Positions 1-11,733 of a DNA stretch of 64,000 nucleotides are shown piece by piece; within the stretch, counting starts at the first letter, position 1, and the number at the start of each line of letters is the position of its first letter. A program made the translations under genes and the position numbers. The stretch is from Leucoraja ocellata (taxonomy: Eukaryota), in contig JAWMAR010000023.1 in the NCBI GenBank assembly GCA_036785375.1, forward strand, positions 682,001-746,000. The letters run 5' to 3'. The notes under the pieces were generated by a model. It did not search any database. It saw only the letters and a list, made by a program, of their open reading frames with translations, and was not told where the DNA came from.

Positions 1-868
1 AAATAGGAACAATTGCAGAGATCTACGGGTTGGGTTGGGTTGGTTTGGAGCAGAAATGGAGATGTTGATCAACAAGAACTGGGATGAAAAGTGCCTGGGA
101 CATAAAGAGCAGAATTTTGGATAAACTCGTGCTTGGTAACTTTGCAATGGTCAGGTACAGTGATACCGAAAGCATAGCTGAGGGAGTCATGGGTTTATAA
201 GCTGTAGCAAGGCTGTGGCTGCATGGTGTTGCACAGATGGAAGTACGGAGTCATGGCCATAAGGTAGATCAGCCATGAAAGATCACATCACAGTCAAAAG
301 TCCCAGGGAGAACCTGGTTCAGATTGCCATGATGATTTGTCCAGGGAACATGGCGAGAATCAAAATCTCTTTGATGTGCCAGAGAGGTGTTGAGATACCT
401 AGTGTGAGATGTATGAGATAGAGAAAGAGCAGAGACAGGTGATTGTGAAGTAGAGATGGGGTCTGCTCTCTACGTATATGAGCTGGAGCTTCTGAAAGGT
501 CTGCAGATGAGCAGGTAAGTGAGAAATGGAAGGAGATCACGGGTAGATCTTTGTGGATCTTCAGAGGCCGTGGTGGGAGAGAATCAAGCAGAATCTCTGC
601 ATATGGACCTGACTGAGAATGGATGAAATATTCCCATCTAGTTGACTTCCAGAAGAGAAGCAAAGACAAAAGATGGATGTTGAAAGATGCACCTGGGTGG
701 AGGAGAGATGAAAATATAGAAAGCCATTTGCGACTCTGATATGGTCACCATTAGTATTGTGGGAGCGGCAGTAACTCGAATGGAGAGATTCAGACTTGGA
801 GTTGTCGATAAGAGGTGAGGCTCCAACAGGCAGTGATCAGGGATACAATGGCCATGGATGGAGTAATT
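1..868 (-). mobile_element. Old degenerate retroelement fragment, probably Penelope-like
   Basis: The decayed minus-strand sequence resembles the Penelope RT C-terminal region seen at 41060-41680. Confidence 0.4.
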
Positions 869-1081
869 GGGAAGAAGGGTAGTTTAGTTTAGTTTAGATT
901 AGTTTAGTTTAGTTTAGTTGAGTTGAGTTGAGTTGAGTTGAGTTGAGTTGAGTTGAGTTGAGTTGAGTTAGTTGAGTTGAGTTTAGTTTAGTTTAGATTA
1001 GTTAAGTTTAGTTTAGTTTAGTTTAGTTTAGTTTAGTTTAGTTTAGTTTAGTTTAGTTTAGTTTAGTTTAGTTTAGTTTAG
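869..1081. repeat. Pentanucleotide microsatellite (AGTTT)n/(AGTTG)n, an expanded SINE tail
   Basis: About 42 units directly abutting the 3' end of a minus-strand V-SINE. Confidence 0.95.
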
Positions 1082-1325
1082 AGATACAGCAAAGAAACAG
1101 ACCCTTTGGCCCATTGAGTCCGCATCAACCAGTGATCGTATGTACACTACTTTCAATCTACACACGAGGGAGACAATTTATCGAAGCCAATTAACCTACA
1201 AACCTGCACGTCTCTGGAATGTGGGAGGTAACATACAAACTCCCTAAAGACCATATCCATAGTCAGGATCAAACCCGGGTCTCTGTCGCTGTGAAGCAGC
1301 AACTTACCGCACGCCACTGCACCGT
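1082..1325 (-). mobile_element. tRNA-derived V-SINE (HE1-like)
   Basis: A/B box-like head, V-domain remnant and (CTAAA)n tail. Confidence 0.8.
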
Positions 1326-2612
1326 CATAAATTACAATAATGGTGCGGCAGGGAGTGGTGGAGGCTACAGCTCTCTCTCTCTCTCCCATAAAACCAGATA
1401 CCGATGGATTTTTGAAAAGAAAAATGGGAACCTGACTTAGCAACGGATTAGCCGTGATGTCATTGAATAGTTCAGCAGGCTAAATGATCTTCCACTGCTG
1501 CCTGTTACCCAAGGATAATGAGTGGTTTTGGCAGTGAAGAATAAACCCCAGCTTTACACGGCCCAGACGCCTACATTAATTCAGGTCAACATTCATGAAT
1601 GGTTGATTTTGCACTTCTGTCCAAGGTTTAAAGTTACATGTCTATCTTGTTAATAAATCTCTTTAACATACTTTCAATTTGACCTTTGAAGTCTACAATC
1701 AATAACTAGAATTTAAATGTGATTTATTTGCAAATAAATCAGCACTGCTAAAAAAATCCATCAGGTTTCTCATTTAAAAATCACAAATTGTGTTGAATCC
1801 TCTCAAAATCAGTTAACCCGTAACTAACTGTTACTGATGAATGCTACCAGGACTTTATGTATATTTACAGATCAAATGTCTTTAGGAAAATCTCATGGGA
1901 TTGCCAGAGGAATCTTTTTGATAACAAATGCCCCTGATGGGAACGTTGGCTAAGTTTGTGGTTACAAAGTACAGCTATCGATGTCGATTCCACATGTTGA
2001 TCTTGCCAGCAAACCAGGTTAAATCCTGATCATGTTTCTAAGATAATGGTAAAACATGTTTGTAAAGGTTGGATGGACATTGAAGTTTCTCAGTTGGAAT
2101 TCATTCTGTTTTCAGGAACCCAGGAATCCTTCCCTTTGGATCTTTAGTAAGTTCCTTGTTTTCAGTCTTTCTGCTTCAGTTGTTGTTCCATTCTCCGTCA
2201 CTGTTGAAGCTGCAAGTGTCATAGAACCAGATGCCTTTGTAACCCGTCGGAGCTGGGGAGGGGGTTGGTCGGGAAGGCCCGAAGAAAGGTCCTGACCTGA
2301 AACAAAGTCAACCCATTACCCTCCACAGATGCTGCCCTGGCAACTGAGTTCCTCCAGCTCAAGATTGCATCACCTGCAGTCTCCTGTGAAGCTGGATGGA
2401 TTGGTCACTGTGTGCGACTGAAAGTACATGGTGCTGATAAGTTCATACGTTCTAGGAGCAGGCCCATCAAGTCTACTCCGCCATTCAATCATGGCTGAAC
2501 TATCTTTCCCTTTCAACCCCATTCTCCTGCCTCCTCCCCATAACCCCTTCGCTCTTATGGTACTAATCTACTTGCCCTACGCAGTATTTCAGAAACAAAG
2601 CCCCAGAACTTT

Positions 2613-2900
2613 AGGGTGGCACAGTGGTAGAGTTACTGCCTTACAGCGCTTGCAGCGCCAGAGACCCGGGTTCAATCCTGACTACGGGTTCTGTCTGTAC
2701 AGAGTTTGCATGTTCTCTCCATGACCTGCGTGGGTTTTCTCCGAGATCTTCGGTTTCCTCCCACACTCTAAAGACGTACAGGAATGTAGGTTAATTGGCT
2801 TGGCGATTAACGTGGAAAAATTGTCCCGAGTGTGTGTAGGATTGTGTTAATGTGCGAGGATTGCTGGTCGGTGTGGACTGTATCTCTAAACTAAACTAAA
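2613..2900 (+). mobile_element. tRNA-derived V-SINE (HE1-like)
   Basis: GGTTCAATCC B box, V-domain GAGTTTGCATGTTCTC...GGTTTCCTCCCACACT and CTAAA tail. Confidence 0.85.
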
Positions 2901-3082
2901 CCTGCACCTGAAGCTAGATGGCAGTGCAGACCCAACCTTGCCTCTTGGGTATGGAAGGTCAGCTTGCTTGGTCCACCGTAGGTGGGACAGATAAGGTGAG
3001 TGAGGGTGTGGTGAGGGACAGCTGAGGTGAGGCGAATTCGCTGAGTTTGGGGACGAGACCAGATTCAGGTTTATCCTATCTT

Positions 3083-3487
3083 AAGGTAGACACAAAAAGC
3101 TGGAGTAACTCAGCAAGGCAGGCAGCATCTCTGGAGAGAAGGAACGGGTGACGTTTCGGGTCGAGACACTTCTTCAGACTGGTTAGAGATAAGGGAAATG
3201 AGAGATATAGATGGTGATGTGGAGAGATAAAGAACAATGAATGAAAGATACGCAAAAAAGTAACGATGATAAAGGAAACAGGCCATTGTTAGCTGTTTGT
3301 TGGGTGAAAATGAGAAGCTGGTGCTACTTGGGTGGGGAAAGGATGGAGAGAGAGAGAGAGAGAGAGTGCCAGGGCTACCTGAAGTGAGAGAAATCAATAT
3401 TCATACCACTGTGCTGTAAGCTGCCCAAGCGAAATATGAGATGCTGTTCCTCCAATTTGTATTTAGCCTCACTCTGACAATGGAGGA
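3083..3487 (-). mobile_element. Penelope-like element 3' fragment (GIY-YIG C-terminus plus pLTR with hammerhead motif)
   Basis: Encodes LLHCQSEAK...[22 protein letters not shown]; CTGAAGA...GAAACGTC on the minus strand at about 3150-3178. Confidence 0.85.
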
Positions 3488-3593
3488 GTATCGTAAACCT
3501 TGCTGAAATAGAATAAGCAAATTCATCTAAAGCCTGAGGAAAATATTTCAAGTCTGTCGGTGTGATGCTCTCCACAACATGAAGGTGTCTTCT

Positions 3594-3808
3594 GAAGGTA
3601 CACAAAAAAGCTGGAGAAACTCAGCGGGTGCAGCAGCATCTATGGAGCGAAGGAAATAGGCAACGTTTCGGGCCGAAACCCTTCTTCAACGTTTCGGCCC
3701 GAAACGTTGCCTATTTCCTTCGCTCCATAGATGCTGCTGCACCTGCTGAGTTTCTCCAGCTTTTTTGTGTACCTTCGATTCTCCAGCATCTGCAGTTCCT
3801 TCTTAAAC
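3594..3808. mobile_element. Fold-back Penelope pLTR-derived insertion
   Basis: Near-perfect inverted arms of about 85 bp; 17-bp direct repeat ACATGAAGGTGTCTTCT at 3577-3593 and 3809-3825. Confidence 0.85.
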
Positions 3809-3884
3809 ACATGAAGGTGTCTTCTATTCTACTTCCACCTGTCACAGTGTGACTCTGGCAGTGACCCAGGTACCTCTATGTTTA

Positions 3885-4082
3885 AGTTTGTAGGAAGGAA
3901 TTGCAGATGCTGTTTAAATCGAAGATAGACACAAGATGCTGGAGTAACTCAGCGGGACAGACAGCATCTCTGGAGAGAAGGAATGGGTGGCGTTTCAGGT
4001 CGTCTCATCCCGAAACGTCACCCATTCCTTCTCTCCAGAGATGCTGCCTGTCCCGCTGAGTTACTCCGGCGTTTTGTATCTA
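3885..4082. mobile_element. Fold-back Penelope pLTR-derived insertion
   Basis: Inverted arms GCTGGAGTAACTCAGCGGGACAG... and ...CTGTCCCGCTGAGTTACTCC. Confidence 0.8.
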
Positions 4083-4231
4083 CCTCTGCGGTTTAGCAGG
4101 CCTTTTGCAGCAGTAACAACACTGTCGTTGCTGGAGGATAACTCGGCATTTGACATGACGAAGGAAGATCCCTCGTGAGTGGAGTGTGGGAAGAGCTCCA
4201 TCCCACAGACTCTTGCGTTATCAGCTACAAT

Positions 4232-4535
4232 GTTTAGTTTAGCTTTAGTTTAGAGAAACAGCACGGAAATAGGCCCACCAAATCCACACCGACCAGCGAC
4301 CCCCGCACCTTAACACTATCCTACACGCAATAGGGACAATTTACACTTATACCAAGCCAATTAACCTACAAAACTGTACGCCTTTGGCATGTGGGAGGAA
4401 ACCGAAGATCTCGGAGAAAACCCACGCGGTTATGGGGAGAACATACACACTCCTTACAGACAGCGCCTGTGGTCAGGATCGAACCCAGGTCTACTGGCGC
4501 TGTAACGCAGCAACTGCGCCGCTGTGCCACCGTGC
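4232..4535 (-). mobile_element. V-SINE (HE1-like)
   Basis: Full-length copy in reverse orientation. Confidence 0.85.
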
Positions 4536-4819
4536 TACCCACTGAGGAGCAAAGATGACTTTAAAAGAGGAACTCATCCACTTTGTACAGTCAATAGTGG
4601 TGAGTTGTAGGTCAGGTGTAGACCAGACGAGGACTCAAATCTTCAGTCCTGTGTAATACTGTTACTTTTCTATTTATTTCCTCTCTCAGCATTTCCCATG
4701 AAAGGCACTCAAGAGCTTCCTGGCTGCTTGCATTTACAGCTGGGAATTTCCTGTGCTGCTGCATGGGAATTTCCTGTGCTTTCCGCTATGTCTACAAATG
4801 ATGCAGTGTTTTTGCACAG

Positions 4820-5118
4820 TTTTCGTTTTAGAGATACACGGTATGGAAACAGGGCCTTTGGCCCTCCGAGCCCACAGTGAGAATTGATCACCCGTTCACA
4901 CTAGTTATCCCACTCAACACAAGGGGCAATTTACAGAGGACAATTAACCTACAAACCCGTGCATCTTTGCTACGTGGGGAGGAAACCAAAGCACCCGGAG
5001 GAAACTCACGTGGTCACAGGGAGAACATACAAGCTCCACACAGACAGCACCTGAAGTCAGGATCGAACCCGGGCCTCTGGCGCTGTGCGACAGTGAGTCT
5101 ACCACTGCGCCACTGTGC
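4820..5118 (-). mobile_element. V-SINE (HE1-like)
   Basis: V-domain and tRNA-like head in reverse orientation. Confidence 0.8.
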
Positions 5119-6129
5119 CTCTCCTTGCTAAGCTCGGGCCTGACTCCGACTCGCCACCAGTGAGCCTCCACATGTTCCCAACTGCATGATATACGTCCAG
5201 AGCCAATAGACAATGTTGCGGGTCAGTGCAGACGTATTCATTCCTTAGAGACTTTCCTTTGACCTAGAGAGACCACACGAACATCCCATCAAGACCAGTT
5301 CTTGATCTCAGCTGAACAAAATTAGGAAAAGCATGATTATTGTTTGTTGATTTTTTTGTTAACTCTTCTTCCAGCAACAGTGTATTACATTGATCTGTAG
5401 ATTCTCAAAAGGGTGACCTGACAAGGCAAGAATGAGTCATGTATCTCTCCCACTCACTTAATTAGGTGTAGTCAGAGTCATAGAGTCAACAGCTCCAGTT
5501 ATCAAGTATCATGCACACCATTCCTACACTAATCTCTGCGTTCACTCACCTACACAATAGAAGCAATTTGTAGTGGCCAATTTACTTACCACTCTGCCTG
5601 CCTTTGGGATGTGGGAAGAAACTGGAGCAACTGAAAGAAATCCATATATATGGTTACGGGAAACTCCAGTATCCGGGATGTACCCGGGATCAGGATCAAG
5701 CTTCCATTTCTCTTATTGGTGCCATTGTGCCATTCTATTGTGCAATAAAGCCAAGCAGCCCTTTGCCAGATAAATATTAATTAAATGACTTACAGGACAG
5801 TCGCTGCAACCAAAACCAACCACAATGTTCAAAGTGATGTATTTCACAAAAATCTAAATGATAGATTGCCTTATTCCCGTCAGCTGTGGCATTGACAATC
5901 CTTGGGTGGCAGCTCCAAATGGGCAGTTGTGGCTAGCAGACAGTTTAGACTTTAGACTGTAGAGATACAGCATAGAAACATGCCCTTCAGCCACCTGGTC
6001 CACGTTGACCAGTGATCAACTCTTACACCAGCATTATCCTACGCATTAGGTACAATTTACAATTTAATCGGAGCCAATAAACCTACAAACCTGTTTGTCT
6101 TTTGTGTGTGGGTGGAAACCAGTGTACAT

Positions 6130-6910
6130 CTTCATGTGCCTTTGTTATAGTTTTTGCAGCTGATGACCCTCGTGTGATGCCCGCCTGGATGTTTCATCAT
6201 ATCTAGCAGGTCAGGTCGGGGGGAGTTCCCCCCTCCACGTGTACCATGTGATCCCGTGCGACCTGCTCCATGGTCCGATAGTCGGCGACTAAACCGTCTC
6301 CCCCACCTGGTTTCCCAGGTGAGGAGGGGGCAAGACCAAAAACAAGACCTGTCAAAGGGCGGATGAGCTTCTAGCGAGCCAACGGCCATCCGCACTTCAG
6401 TTGAAGTTGCGTTCACTGTCATACATAGCATTGTAAGGAACGTCGATAAAGCACACTCACCAAAATCCTATACTTCCAGCGGCAGAAGTCCGCAGGAACT
6501 GGAGGACAGAGATGTGTGGTGCGTCCGTCACCGTTCCCGTTGGAAACCAGCACCTCTGCGTCGCTAATGTTTTCAACGATGATGAATGCAGTGTCAGTGC
6601 ACCATCGCTAATTGCCTCATCGCTCGTGCTACAGTGCTGCGACTTCCCAAGGAGTCAAGGTTCAACCTGAGCAGTCACAGTGGTTCCCTCAGACGTTGGG
6701 TCGGTTTAGAAGATCAGTCTGCTTACGGAGGGAAACTGGGGCTTTCAGCAAGCAAGATCTTGGCAGAGGCATGGAATGCCTCTCAGTCTGGCTTTCGCCA
6801 AGTTAATAACACCATTCCGAGCCCGCCTGGACAACCCAGATGCAGGCAGCCACGGAGACCTCAGATCTCGGTTCGAGACGAGGACCCCACCTCACAAACT
6901 TGACCATTGG
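6130..6910. mobile_element. Unclassified CpG-rich, structured insertion (possible LINE 5' UTR or non-autonomous element)
   Basis: Begins where a SINE (5943-6128) is truncated; CpG-rich relative to its flanks; several hairpins. Confidence 0.4.
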
Positions 6911-9239
6911 CAGACCAATGACCTTTTCCCTCCTCACTGTGATAGTGTATAATTTAGAATTATAGATAATTTAGAAAGGGCGAGAAAACATGCACTGGGA
7001 TTATAACATGGAATTAAACTATCTCTGTTCCACCCAGTGCCAGATGTGTAAGGCATTCAGAGCTGCCAACACTGCTGGCTTGGTGCATGCTTCAACCTAG
7101 GTTGAGCTGAAAGAGGCCAGCCCGCTTCTCCAAAAGGGAAAGTTCACTGCAGACACCCAGGAGAGGGGGTGGGGGTGGGAGGTGCAGATGTCTTCATGGT
7201 TTGTTGAAGCCATGCGTGATCATGTGTGTTTTCATGTGGAGCCCTGTGGCGTTGGTGCGTGTCGTTGGGAGAAATGCTCCACCAGCAGAGGACACACACA
7301 TGCACCAGGCATGTTGTCTGATCAAACAGACTATCTGTGCCATCCTACGGCCAAATGTTTCTTGCCTCAAACTTTAGTATCGTTGGCCACTAGCAAGCCC
7401 CATACATGTAGGTCTAATTAATTGATATAAATGAGAAGAAATAAAGCATTGAGTACTGAGTTGGTATGGAATCCAGCCTATAGGAGCATCATAGGCACAA
7501 AAATATTCATCACTTTTGGCATTTACCTGAAACTAGCGTGAGCAGGTGATCGATGGCCAGCATGGGCTCGATGGGCCGAAGAGCCCGTTTCCACACAATA
7601 TCTCTCAACGAAACCAAAATTTGGCCCAAGATAGTGCTGGAGTAACTCAGCAGGTCAGGCAGCATCTCTGGAGAAAATGGATGGGTGACGTTTCGGGTCA
7701 GTAACTTGGGTCTATCTTCGGTATAAACCAGCATCTGCAGTTCCTTTCTACACAAAATTGGACCTGCCTGCCAACATTTAGTGACAGGTGCGTGAGAACA
7801 CTTAGGTCCCCCTGTACTTCATTCTCTAGTTTGATCATAATTTGCCTTTTGAATCCTCTTACCCGTCAGTAGCTTCACGTTGGTCCATGTGAAACCCTGT
7901 TTGCCATGTTTTCACTCAATCATCCAAACCAATCTCATTGCAGAAGTACAATGTGCTCTTCACAGCATGACCTTCAGCCTCTTTCTGTTTATTTTCGTTA
8001 AACTTGGAAACCTTATATTTTATTCACTCCTCCAGGGTCATTAATATAAATGCAAAACAATTGAACGTCAAGAACTTATCCAAAGTTGTGAGGTCACATT
8101 AACCTTCATGTAATATCTGATGCTACGATGCACATCCACGACGCTTCTACAGTATTCAAATATATTGTGGGTATTGTCCGTACGAAATTTGTATGTTCTC
8201 CCCGTGACTGCGTGGGTTTATCCCTGGGTGCTCCGGTTTCCTCCCACACTCCAAAGACGTACAGGTTCGTAAGCTTATTGGCTCCGGTAAAGATTGTAAA
8301 TTGTCCCTAGTGTGTAGGGTAGTGTTAGTGTGCGGGGATCGGTGCACTCGGTCAACCAGGAGGCCAGTGTCTCTGAACTAAACTAAATTGCGTCTGTTTC
8401 TGAAACTATATTTTTTCACATCCCACCAGTCGTAAATTTGTCTGTTTTTGCAGGTGGAAATTACTCGCGTTAAAACATTCAACACGTCCGACAGCATTTA
8501 AGAAAGAAAATATTAGGATTTCCAGCAGACCCATTCAGTACTGTCCATGCCTGAAACATTAATATTTTCCTTTCTTTTTTTTTTAATGCTGTCAGTTTGC
8601 TCAATGTTTCCTGTACTTTTTCATGTGCTTTGCATATTTCCAACTTACAATTTTTTTTGTTATTTTTTGCCAATTGATATTCAGGAGTTTATAAATCCCC
8701 TAAAGCAGGAACTTGCCTTACCAACTTTAGCCCACTGGAGAGCTAATGGAGAAACAGTATATTGGAAATCTGGTCACAGTTCAAATGCATGAATGGCGTA
8801 AATCTGGCGTGTACTCTCTGTAATATAGAGCTTGCAAGACTAATCTAATCAAGATCATTAAAATTGTCAAGGGTCTTCATTTTAACTCTGTTCCATTATG
8901 CAGTGAATGCAAAGGAACTACAAAGCACTGGGACCTTTTCCTTCTGCGCTGTTCTGTACGACTAATTCGTGCACAGAGAACTCTCACAGCCAGCGATCTG
9001 ATAATCTTTTAATACCAATTAAAAGTACACGCCACGCTGTGTAGAAACGACATCGTTTGCACTTTCCCCAAGGCATGTATTTACAATCTGATGTTTTCAT
9101 CAGTGTCCCAGCATCAAGCTCATCAGTTTGGGAGAAATCATTCTCTCTCCTCATGATTTAAATAGTCATCCTACTAGTTCCGCTGTTAAAAATGCATCCC
9201 TGTATCACTCCATTATCACATCTTCCCCAGCCTACAATA

Positions 9240-10063
9240 TACACAATACACAATACAATTTATTTGTCACTTGAACCTCATAGAGGCTCAAATGAAATGT
9301 TGTTTCTGCAGTCATACACACAAGAAAAAAAGACCCAAGGCACAGCACAATTTACACAGACATCCATCACAGTGCATCTCCTCCTCGCTGTGATGGAAGG
9401 CAAAAAAACTTATCTCTCCCCTGCACTCCCCATTCCCCTCCCGATGTCAGAGTCAAAGCCCCCGGCGGGCAATGGCAATTGTCCCGCGGCCATTAACGCC
9501 ACGTCGGGTGATGCAAGGCCCTGCTCTGGGTCTTGTTGTTGGAGCCCCCGGCAGGCGCTAGCAAAGTCCCGCAGCCGTTGAAGCCGCGCTGGGCGATGAT
9601 GTAAGGCCCCGCTCCAGGTACTCCTCTACCCCGCGACTCGGGCGGGTGAAGTCGCCGTTGTGGAAGCCCCGAAAAGCGGTCTCCCACCAGGGACCCACGG
9701 GCTCCCGGTGTCACTGTCCACCGGACCCTGCGGTAAGCCTCCGAATCCCCGGGGTCGGGTCGCAGCAGCGCGCCACCACTGCTCCACCCGCTCCGAACTC
9801 GGCCAGCTCCACGATGGTGAATAGGTCCGCAGCTCCGCGACTGGAGCCCTAGGTCGTTCCTGCCGGAGGCCGCTCTACGTTGCAGCCCCAATGACAACGG
9901 AGACCCGACAGGGAAAAGGTCGGGTTCTCCGTGCAGGGGAAAGTTTTTAAAAGTTTCCCCCCCACACACACACACATACCCCATCAAAAAAAAATAAAAA
10001 CTACATTAAAACGGGACAAAAAATAACAAAAAGACAGATGGACTGCAGAGGCCGCTACAACGT
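9240..10063 (-). mobile_element. Young CpG-rich non-autonomous retroelement with AATAAA and (ATTGT)n tail
   Basis: GC/CpG-rich core at 9440-9940, simple-repeat tail at 9240-9262, short AATAT direct repeat; interrupts a Penelope pLTR-like copy. Confidence 0.55.
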
Positions 10064-10865
10064 GAATATGCCATTATGGGCTCCACCGTTCCTTGGTCAT
10101 CTCCTGACTTCATTCAGTCTGAAGACGGGTTTCGGCCCGAAACGTTACCTATTTCCTTTGCTCCATAGATGCTGCTGCACCCGTTGAGTTTTACCAGTAC
10201 TTTTGTCCACCATCTCCTGACTTCCCTGACTTGTTCCAGCCTTTCCTACCTCCAGTTACTCCCTCCCCCCTCCTCTCTACTTTCAGTCTGAAGAAGGGTC
10301 CCGACTAAAACCTCCTTTATCTCCAGAGATGCTGCCCGACCCGCTGAGTTACTCCAGCACTTTATGTCTATCTTCAAATAGATCATGGCTAGCCCATCCT
10401 TGTCTATTCACCCATCACTGATCGCATCCTTGCTAATCCCACCAAACAAATAACCGTGGAATTTCTTCCTGAAAATATCCATTGATCGCTCTGATTAGTC
10501 AGCACCTGTTTGTGATTTCATTTCTAAATGGCCCGGCATGATTGTTTGCATCGTGGACCTTCGCTTTTCATTGACCACATGAGGAAATAATTTCATAAAT
10601 TTCATGAGCTCATGAAATATGAAATTTATGAAATTTCCTTATGAAATAATTTTCCTATCAGGTTTCCTCTCCATTGTAAAGATCTTGATTTGATTATAGT
10701 TTAAATCAAATTAAATTAAAGAGATTGCATGTTCGATTTATGTGGAGGCACAAGAGACTGCAAGATGCTGGAATGTTGAGCAAATAACAAACCGCAGGGG
10801 GATCTCAGTGGGTCAGGCGGCATCTGTGGAGACGAAGATCCCAACCCGAAACGTTGTCCGTCCCC

Positions 10866-11150
10866 TATGATACGATGCGATGCGATGCGATACGATATAA
10901 CTTTATTTATCCTAGGAGGGAAATTGATCTGCCAACAGTCATAAAAATGCAAAATATATGAAATGACGAGTGGAAAAGATTGGGTGTGTGCAAAGATTGG
11001 GGAGGGGGTGGAGGGGAGTCAGTCCCAGTCTACCCCACGACAGAGAGGGGAGGAGTTGTACAGTTTGATAGCCACGGGGAAGAAGGGTCTCCTGTAGCGT
11101 TTTGGCCTGCATCTTGGTGGAACCAGTCTGTTGCTGAAAGTACTCATTCA
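10866..11150 (-). mobile_element. Rex1/Babar-like LINE 3' end
   Basis: Encodes STFSNRLVPPRCRPKRYRRPFFPVAIKLYN; AATAAA and (ATCGY)n tail. Confidence 0.7.
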
Positions 11151-11510
11151 AATGCTGCCTGATCATGTATTGTCTTTCCGCTGACTGGTTAGCACGCAAC
11201 AAAGCTTTTCAATGTACCTCGATACACATGACAATAAATTAAACTGAGCTGAACTGCTCTGTTGCGTTCCTCCGGTTGTTTGCGTTTGTTCCTCATGTTT
11301 ATACAGTCTAATTTCACACGTCAAGCACCTTCCTCCCCGTCCGTGGCAGAATCTGTGGCTCCAACATTAGGCTCGGCAGCTTCCTCTGAAAAAACAGAAC
11401 CAGAGTGGAACAAAGCCATCCTTAACCTCAGGGACTGCTTCAGAAGAAGAAGAAATCAAACCAGGTTCGACTCAAGTTATTTTAAAGGCAAGAAGTTAAT
11501 CTGTACCAGG

Positions 11511-11733
11511 TGCATAGGGAAGAACTGCAGATGCTGGTTTAATTCGAAGGTAGACACAAAATGCTTTAGTAACTCAGCGAGTCAGGCAGCATCTCTGGAG
11601 AGAAGGAATGAGTGAACTTTCGGGTCAAGACCTTTCAGTCTGAAGAAGGGTCTCGACCCGAAACATCACCAATGCCTTCTCTCCAGAGATGCTGCCTGAC
11701 CCGCTGAGTTACTCCAGCATTTTGTGTCTACCT
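11511..11733. mobile_element. Fold-back Penelope pLTR-derived insertion with hammerhead motif
   Basis: Inverted arms; TSD TTAATCTG(T/C)ACCAGG at 11496-11510 and 11734-11748; CTGAAGA-AGGGTCTCGACCC-GAAAC at 11640. Confidence 0.85.

Larger units (their letters stand above)
2176..8534 (-). other. Tentative unannotated spliced ORF or pseudogene (8534-8427, 5853-5794, 5263-5158, 2252-2176; 116 aa, signal-peptide-like N-terminus, Cys-containing)
   Basis: Phase-compatible AG/GT-bounded segments in non-repeat sequence; one strong GTAAGT donor and two weak donors; no recognised homolog. Confidence 0.22.

Noticed and set aside
2613-2700. tRNA-like sequences with A/B boxes
   Set aside because: They are SINE heads followed by a V-domain and tail, not cloverleaf tRNA genes.
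11326-11386. Exon-like segment on the minus strand
   Set aside because: Good acceptor but weak donor, and no coding or homology support.
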